Assembly: GCA_002269645.1 (NCBI GenBank)
Contig: NIVC01003949.1
Span: 1 to 64,000 of the forward strand
DNA length: 64,000 nt
Direction of reading: 5' to 3'
Source: Macrostomum lignano
Taxonomy: Eukaryota
The notes beneath the pieces are model-generated. The model searched no databases, had not been told where the DNA came from, and was given only the letters and a program-made list of their open reading frames with translations. Shown here one piece after another: positions 49,721 through 62,150 of this stretch (position 1 is the stretch's first letter; every line of letters starts with the position of its first letter). Position numbers and translations under genes: made by a program.

Positions 49721-51754
49721 CCGGTTCTGCAAGGAAACTGTTAAAACACAGAAATATACAAAAATTAAAATAAATCCACCAGATTCATAATTATAATTGA
49801 AATTCAAGAGAATTTTATAAATATTTTATGTGCTTTCTCTGCGATTTATTTAGCAGAAAAGAAGGTATTGAAGCATTTTCTATATTCACAAGCAGTTCGT
49901 GCAAAGCAAAACACTTCACAATACAGAAAATCGTTAAATTATTTATGGAAAATGACAGAACAGAAAAGTCGAGATGCGGTTTACATAATAAAACTGGCGA
50001 GGCACAATGGGACACTTCAAAATACAAAGTTGCATGCAATCACATTTTAGCCGACTTGCAATTGTACACTAAAAGCGACAGAGACACGAAACAATAGTTT
50101 TTAGTTTCTTAATAGATGAGAAAGCATATCGATCTTTTACTTTTTTGGTGCTCTTGAGAATAGATATTCTCTATTTACTGTCTTTTTAACTACTGTTAAT
50201 CAGTAGTGTAAGCGAATGTTTCAGGGCTGGCTCTTTTTTTTATTTTCAATATCAAAATATGCAATCTCAAGGGCCAACTCGTGTGTTTGAAAATTGACTT
50301 ATCGAAGGAAATTCAGGTAAAGTATCGGCGTAGAAACACGGAACAGTAATTATATTGGGTGACAGACGAAACCGGTACATTGTAATTCATCAAGATTACA
50401 CGAAATTTAACTCGATTATTATTTTAACTCAGAAACGTCACAGTTACCATAGAAAAGTGTTTTTAAAACATTAGGTGTAGTTAAACTCGTGGGCGTTAAT
50501 TGTTTTGTTATAGTGCGTGTTGCAGACTATAGATTTTTGAAAACGCGACAATATTTAACAAAAAAATCTAGCTGGTAATTTGCCAATGAAGCTTGTTGAG
50601 TTACTCGACGTAAGTTGTATTAAATATGTGCTCGCGAAATTCATAGCGCTTACTACTCTCGCAGAAGTGTACTTTTCACAGGTATAAAATGCAGGTATGC
50701 GGTACAGGACCTTACCGAAACACACACAATATATATAGAACTCAGTGTGGATTATAACAAATTGATACGTTATTACAATGGAAATCGAAGCAGATTCACG
50801 TAATGTAAAAGCAAATTTAGAAATTTCTAATTTATGTTAAAAAATAAAAATTCACTTCGTCGTCAGTGACACAGTCAGTTAAAATCAATTGCTACACACA
50901 ATAATAGCCAAACAATGTTATAACTAAATTTTTTCTTTAACGTTACATACGCACAAACCACATACATTTGCTCACAGAGCTCCCTACAGCGACACTCAAA
51001 TTTTGGGCTTCTGCAAAGTTTATGTCGATGTCCGAAATTATTACCAGTTGCATATATCCGCCTCGTGTATGCATGTAGCTAAACAGAAATTGCAAATGTC
51101 TATGGCCATTCTGTCTCCTCATTTGCCAGGTTAGGACCATAGACAACTTTTAAGGGTTCTAATTATAGGCTTAGATTCACCGTCAATTGAGTCAAGCCTT
51201 TTGGAAGATAATCGATTTCGTACAAACAAACAAACAAACCATTTTTAGTATATGGATGCTGAATATTGTTGTGAATGGGACGTAACTTCCAGTGAGTGAA
51301 ACGAGTATGAGAGCGTGCTAAAGTTTGGCTACGAAAAGTCCAACTCCTTTGTGAAACTAGAGACTGCAGAATTTCACTCATTGAATAAGAGTTTTTAGTG
51401 CTTGCAAGAGTGCCATATATGTTGCCGCAATGAAGGACTCACTTCTTGCACACTTGCCTTTCTCCCCTTCACACGATACTGTTTTTTAAACGTACTTTCC
51501 TACAACCGACAAAAATTTAGATATGCAAGAAAATACAGCCTTACTACATCAGCCATAGAAACAACAACTCAATGTCACTATGTAGACTCGTCTAGTTCGA
51601 TCAGGTGCTTACGGTAATTAAGCTCTCTGGTCGGTTATACTGCCGGCTTGGGCGACTTGCAGCCTCCCGGCCAGCCATCGGACTGGTGGCTGAGCTCTCC
51701 AGACCGTTGACAGCTGCGGTTGGTTTGAGTTGAGATGAGGCGTTACATGTGGGT

Positions 51755-51917
51755 AGTTAGTTGGTTATTTAGTTAGTTAGTTAGTTAGCTAGTTAGTTAG
51801 TTAGTTAGTCAGTTAGTTAGTCAGTTAGTCAGTTAGTTAGTTAGTTAGTTAGTTAGTCAGTTAGTTAGTTAGTCAGTTAGTTAGTTAGCTAGTTAGTTAG
51901 TTAGTTAGTTAGTTAGC

Positions 51918-51968
<51 letters not shown>

Positions 51969-52158
51969 CTAGTTAGTTAGTCAGTTAGTCAGTTAGTTAG
52001 TCAGTTAGTTAGTTAGTTAGTTAGTCAGTTAGCTAGTTAGTCAGTTAGTTAGTTAGTTAGCTAGTTAGTTAGTTAGTTAGTCAGTTAGTCAGTTAGTCAG
52101 TTAGTTAGTTAGTTAGTTAGTTAGTCAGTCAGTTAGTTAGTTAGTCAGTCAGTTAGCT
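51755..52158. repeat. (GTTA)n microsatellite, ~400 bp
   Basis: Reverse complement of the 45521-46390 array. Confidence 0.97.
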
Positions 52159-53020
52159 ATTTCAGGAACTCACTGTTGAAATTGGAGGCGTGAGACACCA
52201 CCCTCGGCTCCCCGGGGCTGTGCGCGTCGCGATGATTGTCGTCTGAAAGCGATCGAGGGAAAAAACTGTTTATATTTTCGGAATATTTCTCCACTGTAAA
52301 ACGACAAAAATTTTAGCATTTAAATCAAGCGTCACTCATGCCGTGGTAAAAATATTCAATCAATGAGATGTTTCGTACTATTAAATCATTTTAGGAGTAT
52401 AGCTAATTTTCAGTACGTCCATCATGCTTAAATAACGAAAAAGTGGCTACAGATTATTTGATTTCGCGAGACCAACAAAAACAATAATATTTTACTTGTT
52501 AATTGAAGATATTGTTGGTTCTTATAATGTGTCACAGAAAAAAAATATTAATTAGGCTGTTTGTTAGTCGTAATAACACTTTAACAATATCGAAAAAGCA
52601 AAATACTCCTTATTTTGTAATTAAAATTAGAAATTAAAGTCGTAGCATTTTTAAAACAGAAAGAAGAGTATCGTCATTTGTTGCTTTTAACTAAACAAAA
52701 ATATTTTCTGACGTTTGAATAGGCATTAAATTTTTGCCCCCCCCCCTACTGAATCTAGTAGTCTGTAAAGTATATTACATTCGATACATATTTTAGAAAG
52801 TTTTATCGGTTCCATATCGATGGATGTTTAAAATATTTTGCTCTGAAACTCAATCATTAGTTGCTATGCAGTTATAGAGCAGAGTAAGTAAAAATTTCTA
52901 CGAGAAACCAAGGTTAAGTCGAGACAAAATTCGAAGACAGTATTATAGGTTATTATTATAGAGGATTAAATATATTCGATTGCTTGAACTTTAGCACAGG
53001 TGGCTTTGTCTAAAAAACTG

Positions 53021-56000
53021 TTAGAAAAAGTATATTGATAGAGGGGTACCGCTGTCATCGTCATTAGCAGACGAAGCCCTCGGACTGAGCGAAATCGGCT
53101 GCTCAACGGAGGCCAAAACTGGCTCAGCTTCGAGTTGAATCACGGCAGCTCTTCGAGCGCCCAGCTGCATCGCCGAGCTGTTGCAGAGCGCTGTTGAATC
53201 GCCTCCGCTGCTTAGCAGCATCGGCAGGTGGTCCTCTTTTATACCTGATCGACATTCGAGAACGATCGGTTTTTCGGGTTTTCTTAGTTTGCTGGACAAC
53301 AGAGTAAGGCAAAGCTAGCAGTCATGCTTATTCCACTGAGCCCCTTGAGAATGCTCACGCAGGGTGCACACTCTCTGCACCTTGTGTTTAGGGTGAGGTA
53401 ATTAACTCTCATGGTCGGGAAATGCAGCGACAAAGCACTCCACGTCAATTTTAAAGTGCACGCGTTACTTTAATTTAGTATTTTCAAATCCACTCAAAAA
53501 ATAGATGATGATTAAAACAAATGATGATTCAAACAAAATACCTTGGATTGAATTGTCTTGAAACATTTAGGCGACAAAACATAGGATGAGCTACCTGACC
53601 CGTTTTTTTATGTTTCATGCTAAAAATTGACTTTCAAAATTTTTTAAAGAATTGGTTCATTTTCAAAGGTTTCATCATCATTCGTTTTTACAAGCGTAAT
53701 TTGTTACTCTGACAATTTGAATTAGGCAAGCCGAAGTTTCAATAATGAGTCCAATAAATAGTGCAGTTAAAGTCGAGCCAATTTCTGTATCAATAAAAGT
53801 CTGTCTGTAACCTTGACGATAGGCTTTGCGGAAGTGGATATTGTTTTCTACGCACTTCAAAATTCTTACCTACACGAGAGTTGGCCAAAGGTTGGAATTA
53901 GCTAGCTCGTACCCAGAATCATATCTGTAGCTTAATTTCACTCTATGCGCCATTTTTGTTTTTTTATTCGATACAAAAGTGTGACGCGTAGACATTTTAT
54001 TGTGCTGAAGATGCTTCAATGTGTATCATATTTTGCGCTGAGAAGTAGCTAAACGGCTGCATCGCAACAAGCTGAGATGGTCTCATTGGTTTCAACAGAA
54101 TTAAAATACAGATCAGGTTCAACTTCCGTAAACAACCTACAAAAAGTGACCTAGGCATTGGATACATCTGAGATTAGATACTACAGTGTATTGGGATGAG
54201 GCGTCCCAATAATAAAGCTTATCCTAAAACGGAAAAAGACTGCCCTCTGTATAGTTCTCATCTGTCTGTTTGAAACAGCTTTTTTCTGTAGCCAAGGCTT
54301 GAATCCAATGGAATTTGCGACAGATAAAATTTACGGATGTTTCCTTTTAACCTTAGTAACCTACAGTATGTATACAATTGATATGTCATTCTGCTCATAC
54401 TGACACCAGCAAGAACTTGTGTTTGAAAATTGACAGCCCCTAATTTTATGCTTTTTGGGACACCCGTTAGTGTGCATTCTTTGATTCAGTGTGATTTTTT
54501 AAAGAATATTGATAAATAATAATTACAAAGTCTGAAACGATTTCCTTTCAGTTCTTTAATTGTTTTTGTATCCTAAAAGCCAAACAGTGAAATTCTTCAC
54601 GATAAGTAGAGTAAGGACGCAAACGGAAAATCCAGTGCATAATAATCCCGTACCTCTAGCTTTGGGCTTCAATGTGTAACCTCTGTCCCTCTAAGGTCCC
54701 TCTAAAACTTTTTTGTTCTAATGGAACCCAACCTTTGACAAGCTTCATTTAAAACGCTAGTACGCTCGTATTTATAGGCATAGAGGTCGCGATTTTACCT
54801 GTGCAATGCACATTTTGGCATTGACTAAATTTAACTTCTAGATCCTCTACAGTATATACAGAATGACTAATGCAGTCATCAAAATGTACCAATGGAAACC
54901 GCTTGAAAATTATGATTTGGTAAATGCGACGCAATGGCACAGCTTCCTGCTAGCTAACTGATGTTTTGGATGTATTATCTATCTGACCCGGCGATGATGC
55001 GTGGGTGCGGATGTACTTTTAAGTAAGATCAGAATTATATGTGAAATCGAACTACTCGAGAACTAAGATGATTCGCCCCTGTTGTCGTTGAAACTATAAT
55101 AGGTCACCGTGATGACACGTATGACCTTATGCCAACGTTCTACCATTATATATCCTGCTAGCTCAGTGATTCTTGGGTTTTGATGCACTTTTCAGCAAAC
55201 AAAACTGTTGATACTATAGCATTATGCAGGCACACAAAGATGTCTTTTAGGCTCTAACGAAGTCTACAACACTACAAAGCTGCTGCTGGTCTGAGTTCTG
55301 AACTATGCGAAGCATTGAAGACATATCTGTTGCTGTTGGAACTAATTCAACAGCAATTAAGTTGCTTACCGAACCGGTTGAATTTCGACTCCAAGACAGA
55401 GCTGCCCATTCCACCGCCGCCAACGACTTTGTCAGCGTTGGTTCTTCGGCCGCCGACGTGACTGGACGAGCCGCCGCCGCCGCCGCTGCCGCCGCCCGCG
55501 CTCTTCGCCCCGCTACCAGGCGGTCCCAGAGTCGCAGTTGGTGCCTTCGGCCTGACGGCTTCAACTGGTAGCACGCGGCGGCGCTTCTTTGGCAGCTTAC
55601 TGCGCGCTTGAGTGTGCGAGTAGAACATTGAGAAGTTGGACACGATCACTGGCACCGGCAGGGCGATGGTAAGCACTCCAGTCAGTGCGCACAGTGCTCC
55701 GACAAGCATTCCTGAGTATATTTTTCAAGTGATTTATGAGAATCAAAATATTTCCAACGTAAAAAAGTCGAGATGAACGCTTAGCAGTGCCAGTGTCAAT
55801 CAACACCCGATCGTGTATTTACAAAGCTATTTTAACGACTTTTAGGCACAGGACATGTATATAAGCTGGTACGTAGGATAAAAAATTTATATAGAATCCT
55901 AATTTTCTAAACGAAAAGCTCTACAAATTAGGACAATAGAACTTTTACAAAGGCAAGTCATATCAGAAGACGAACATTGGGTCTGCCTCCCATCAAAAGC

Positions 56001-59000
56001 AGCAATTGCAATTTTGGCGTTGAAAAAATGAAAACCTCTGTTCTCCGCAATGTATTTTTTCCCGGTAAAATCTGTCTCCTAATAATTTCCTACTTAAGTG
56101 GCTCAACCACCCTGTTCTAAATTCATCTTGCCTTTCAATATTTGTTTGACTGTTCTTCTCGTCTCTTTGAGAGCAACAATGCAAATTAGTTTCGAGTGAA
56201 AGACACTTGTTCTAGCTGCGGCCATTGTGCAAAGCAAACGCTACATTATTTAATCAGCATAGTAGTCTTTTGAATTCCCAGCGGACATGCAGCCGTCCGT
56301 TCCCATTTCAGTTCCAAACTGGATTTGTGTAAGACTAATTTAATCTACAGAAACAGCTTTGCTGGATCACTGGATATTCAGCTATTGTAGTCAGGGGCGT
56401 CGCCATGGATTTTATGGTGCGGGGGGGGGTGACAAAACCAAGAATTCAACATGAACATGTTCATGACTAAATTCCTACATTTCCATTATTTTGAGAATCG
56501 CGTTGTCAGCGCTCATTTTGGCGCCGCAGGCACTCATTTTGACGCCGCAGCCACTCATTTTAGCGCCGCAGGCACTCATTTTAGCGCCACAGGCACTCAT
56601 TTTAGCGCCGCAGTCACTCATTTTAGCGCCGCAGTCACTCATTTTAGCGCCGCAGTCACTCATTTTAGCGCCGCAGGCACTCATTTTAGCGCCGCGGGCA
56701 CTCATTTTAGCGCCGCAGGCACTCATTTTAGCGCCGCAGGCACTCATTTTAGCGCCGCAGTCACTCATTTTAGCGCCGCAGGCACTCATTTTAGCGCCGC
56801 AGGCACTCATTTTAGCGCCGCAGGCACTTATTTTAGCGCCGCAGGCACTCATTTTAGCGCCGTAGGCACTCATTTTAGCGCCGCAGGCACTCATTTTAGC
56901 GCCGCAGTCACTCATTTTAGCGCCGCAGGCACTCATTTTAGCGCCGCAGGCACTCATTTTGGCGCCGCAGGCACTCATTTTAGCGCCACAGGCACTCATT
57001 TTAGCGCCGCAGTCACTCATTTTAGCGCCGCAGTCACTCATTTTAGCGCCGCAGTCACTCATTTTAGCGCCGCAGGCACTCATTTTAGCGCCGCGGGCAC
57101 TCATTTTAGCGCCGCAGGCACTCATTTTAGCGCCGCAGGCACTCATTTTAGCGCCGCAGTCACTCATTTTAGCGCCGCAGGCACTCATTTTAGCGCCGCA
57201 GGCACTCATTTTAGCGCCGCAGGCACTTATTTTAGCGCCGCAGGCACTCATTTTAGCGCCGTAGGCACTCATTTTAGCGCCGCAGGCACTCATTTTAGCG
57301 CCGCAGTCACTCATTTTAGCGCCGCAGGCACTCATTTTAGCGCCGCAGGCACTCATTTTGGCGCCGCAGGCACTCATTTTGACGCCGCAGGCACTCATTT
57401 TAGCGCCGCAGGCACTTATTTTAGCGCCGCAGGCACTCATTTTAGCGCCGCAGTCACTTATTTTGGCGCCGCAGTCAGTCATTTTGGCGCCGCAGGCACT
57501 CATTTTGACGCCGCAGGCACTCATTTTAGCGCCGCAGGCACTCATTTTAGCGCCGCAGTCACTTATTTTGGCGCCGCAGTCACTCATTTTGGCGCCGCAG
57601 GCACTCATTTTAGCGCCGCAGTCACTTATTTTGGCGCCGCAGTCACTCATTTTGGCGCCGCAGGCACTCATTTTGACGCCGCAGCCACTCATTTTAGCGC
57701 CGCAGGCACTCATTTTAGCGCCGCGGGCACTCATTTTAGCGCCGCAGGCACTCATTTTAGCGCCGCAGTCACTCATTTTAGCGCCGCAGGCACTCATTTT
57801 GACGCCGCAGCCACTCATTTTAGCGCCGCAGTCACTCATTTTAGCGCCGCAGGCACTCATTTTAGCGCCTCAGGCACTTATTTTGGCGCCGCAGTCACTC
57901 ATTTTAGCGCCGCAGGCACTCATTTTAGCGCCGCAGGCACTCATTTTGGCGCCGCAAGCACTCATTTTAGCGCCGCAGGCACTCATTTTAGCGCCGCAGT
58001 CACTCATTTTAGCGCCGCAGGTACTCATTTTGGCGCCGCAAGTACTCATTTTAGCGCCGCAGGCACTCATTTTAGCGCCGCAGGCACTCATTTTAGCGCC
58101 GCAGGCACTCATTTTGGCGCCGCAAGCACTCATTTTAGCGCCGTAGGCACTCATTTTAGCGCCGCAGTCACTCATTTTAGCGCCGCAGGCACTCATTTTG
58201 GCACCGCAGGCACTCATTTTAGCGCCGCAGTCACTCATTTTAGCGCCACAGGCACTCATTTTAGCGCCGCAGGCACTCATTTTAGCGCCGCAGGCACTCA
58301 TTTTGGCACCGCAGGCACTCATTTTAGCGCCGCAGTCACTCATTTTAGCGCCACAGGCACTATTGTCGCCCTGCAGCAACATTATTGATTTCCATAACGG
58401 GTCACAAGGGGGGGACAAAGCATTGGCATGTCCCCTTGTCCCCCCCCCGGTGGCGACGCGCCTGTTTGTAGTTATAACCAACTATATCCACGTGAAAATC
58501 GAAGTTTTCACTAGACAAGGATAGTTTTCCAGTCTATCACGGGTTGCTCTAGTAGAGAGTTAATGGAATATCAGAGACTATCCTAACTTGGTCGATACGG
58601 CCAGGGTGGCACGGAGTCACACTACCCTCGGGCCATGTGTATCTGGGCGAGCAAAGTCATTTTTCCTACCGTACTATCCTACACTCTGTTTTATCCCATA
58701 CAGTCCATCTCTCTCGTTAGCGAATGCTCGCTTCATTAATTCCCATTGCATGCATGGCAAACTGTTGGGATATTTGCGCCCAACGGCTACCTAAGAGTTT
58801 AGGTCTTAGAGCTTCTTTTTCATTCCTTAGGGATTCTATAGTTGCTTATTTAATAGTTTCTTTTTCTGCAAAGGTGTGCGTGTAAGATTCTGTTTCATGT
58901 GCATGGATAACCTCCTGAGGGGTTCTTAAACGAAAACGATTTCTAAGAAATGAGCTGCATGATGGTAAGAAACGTGTCTGTATATATTTGTTGTTACGCT

Positions 59001-62000
59001 AGCGCATTCAGTATGCTCTAGAGAAATCTGATTACTTTTTGTCTATGGCAAACCCAATTCAGCGCTGTGCGTTCTTTTGGAGTGCGGTTTGAGTCACGAC
59101 TAGAAAATTCAGTTCTTTAAAACAACTGAAACCAGCCTCATCTTCCTAACTTCAGGCAGAATTTATTCTCTTTTATGATCTGTAAGGAAGGTATTTCTGA
59201 GCACGTAGTTGAAAAAACCCACTTTTGAAAGCTGATTCTAAAAGCAACTTTGTGTGTGTCATGTTTTCTATTTTAATATTTTGTATGAGTCCCGTAGTAG
59301 TAGTAGTAGTAGTAGTAGTAATGCGATTACAAAAAAGCACCGCGTCAAGAACCTAAACTACTTTTACGAGTAAGAGACCTTTCAAGCATTTTATTGACAA
59401 CTAACAACTGAAAACAACTGACAACTGACAAAGTAGAACTGGGGATCTGGGAGGCTGGCCCAGCAACTGACATGCTGGGAGGCTGGCCCAGCAACTGAGG
59501 ATCTGGGAAGCTGGCCCAGCAACTGAGGATCTGGGAGGCTGGCCCAGCAACTAAGGAACTGGGAGGCTGGCCCAGCAACTGACATTCTGGGAAGCTGGCC
59601 AGCAACTGGGGATCTGGGAGGCTGGCCAGCAACTGAGGATCTGGGAGGCTGGCCAAGCAACTGGGGATCTGGGAGACTGGCCAAGCAACTGGGGATCTGG
59701 GAGGCTGGCCCAGCAACTGGGGATCTGGAAGGCTGGCCAGCAACTGAGGATCTGGGAGGCTGGCCCAGCAACTGAGGATCTGGGAGGCTGGCACAGCAAC
59801 TGAGGATCTGGGAGGCTGGAACGGCATAGCCGTTCATCAATACATCAATTGACAGAATACATTTTTCAATGCATGATTGAATAAGTGACTCACCTGCATA
59901 AGTTTTGGGCGTCATGTCTCCATATCCGACGGTTGTCATGGTAACAATGGCCCACCAAAGACCAATTGGGATTGAGTCGAAGGAATTATCGGGATTGTAC
60001 TGAATTCGCTCGGCATAGTAGATCAGCGCAGCAAACACTACGATGAAGACTATTAGAAAGAACACCAGCAGCAGGAGCTCCTTGGCTGAGGCTTTAAAGG
60101 TGTGAATCAGGATCTTCAGGCCGGAGATGTGTCTGCGAAATTGATAATTCAGTCACGCGTTTTGCATCTGTGATTGATTTGTCGCACTGCATGTTTTTAT
60201 AAAATGAAGCTGACATGCCACAATCTGCACAGGATGACGCTAACTCTAGCAGGTGGCATCCCTGTCTAACAGGTGACACAACCCTATTTAACAGGTGACG
60301 CAATCCTGTCTAGCAGGTGACATCCCTTTCTAACAGGTGACACAATACTATCTAACAGGTGACACAATCCTATCTAACAGGTGACACAATACTATCTAAC
60401 AGGTGACACAATACTATCTAACAGGTGACACAATCCTATCTAACAGATGACACAATCCTATCTAACAGGTGACACAATCCTATCTAACAGGTGACACAAT
60501 CCTATCTAACAGGTGACGCAATCCTGTCTAGCAGGTGACATCCCTTTCTAACAGGTGACACAATACTATCTAACAGGTGACACAATCCTATCTAACAGGT
60601 GACACAATCCTGTCTAACAGGTGACACAATCCTATCTAACAGGTGATACAATACTATCTAACAGGTGATACAATACTATCTAACAGGTGATACAATACTA
60701 TCTAACAGGTGATACAATACTATCTAACAGGTGATACAATACTATCTAACAGGTGATACAATACTATCTAACAGGTGATACAATACTATCTAACAGGTGA
60801 TACAATACTATCTAACAGGTGATACAATACTATCTAACAGGTTGCATTCCTATGTAACACGTTACATTCCTATCGAACAGGTGACATAATCCTGTCTAAC
60901 AGGTGACACAATCCTGTCTAACAGGTGACACAATCCTGTCTAACAGGTGACACAATCCTGTCTAACAGGTGACACAATCCTGTCTAACAGGTGACACAAT
61001 CCTGTCTAACAGGTTGCATTCCTATCGAACAGGTGACACAATCCTATCTAACAGATGACACAATCCTATCTAACAGGTGACACAATACTATCTAACAGGT
61101 GACACAATACTATCTAACAGGTGACACAATCCTATCTAACAGGTGACACAATCCTGTCTAACAGGTGACACAATCCTATCTAACAGGTGACACTATCCTA
61201 TCTAACAGGTGACACAATCCTATCTAACAGGTGACACAATCCTATCTAACAGGTGACACAATACTATCTAACAGGTGACAATATTCTATCTAACAGGTGA
61301 CACAATCCTATCTAACAGGTGACACTATCCTATCTAACAGGTGACACAATCCTATCTAACAGGTGACACAATCCTATCTAACAGGTGACAATATTCTATC
61401 TAACAGGTGACACTATCCTATCTAACAGGTGACGCACTAGTGCAAGAGGTGTCATTATTATTAGTATTATACATACTAATTTTATGTTCGTAAAGTAGTT
61501 TTTGAAGGAAAAAATTATATCTACAAAATTAGCTTCAACTCAAATCGGCAGGGTAATTATCGGAAATCTACCATTGCTCAAGTATGACTTACTTGGTTGA
61601 TAATAGCAATTACCATGACAGATCATATGCAAGATTCTGGCATTAGTCAGAGCAAGGCATGCAGGGGCATCTCGTGGAACTCCTCTGCCCGCCCCACAAA
61701 ACTTATCAAGGTTAGCCGAGGCTGTTTGGCCATATCTGTGTCCCAACTCTCTCACTCTCTTACCCTCTCTGCTCCCAGCGCCGCGAACTCAGAATCTTGA
61801 TGCAGATTCGCTTCGCTGGCCAATTCGCTCGGCACACCGAGTTGACATTTTCCAACTGCATTAGGGAGGCTCCCCAACATGCCGCGATCCCTGCTAGCAA
61901 CCCGAGCCGAGACATTAGCCAAGCCGCTCCCGTAGGTCGCAAGTCCCGGAGTCCCATTCCAGTAATAACACCGCCCCCCCCCCCAATCACATTCTGCTCC

Positions 62001-62093
62001 GGCTGGCTGCACCAACCCCAAGCCAACCGTGTGTGCGCGTTTGCCCCGTCTTGTGGAGAAGACAGAGGAGTAAAGACTAAACACACAAGCCCT

Positions 62094-62150
<57 letters not shown>

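Noticed and set aside
56451-58388. 645-aa ATG-initiated ORF of (THFSAAG)n
   Set aside because: It is a by-product of a stop-free 21-bp unit inside a TE, antisense within a Shaw intron, with no independent coding evidence.
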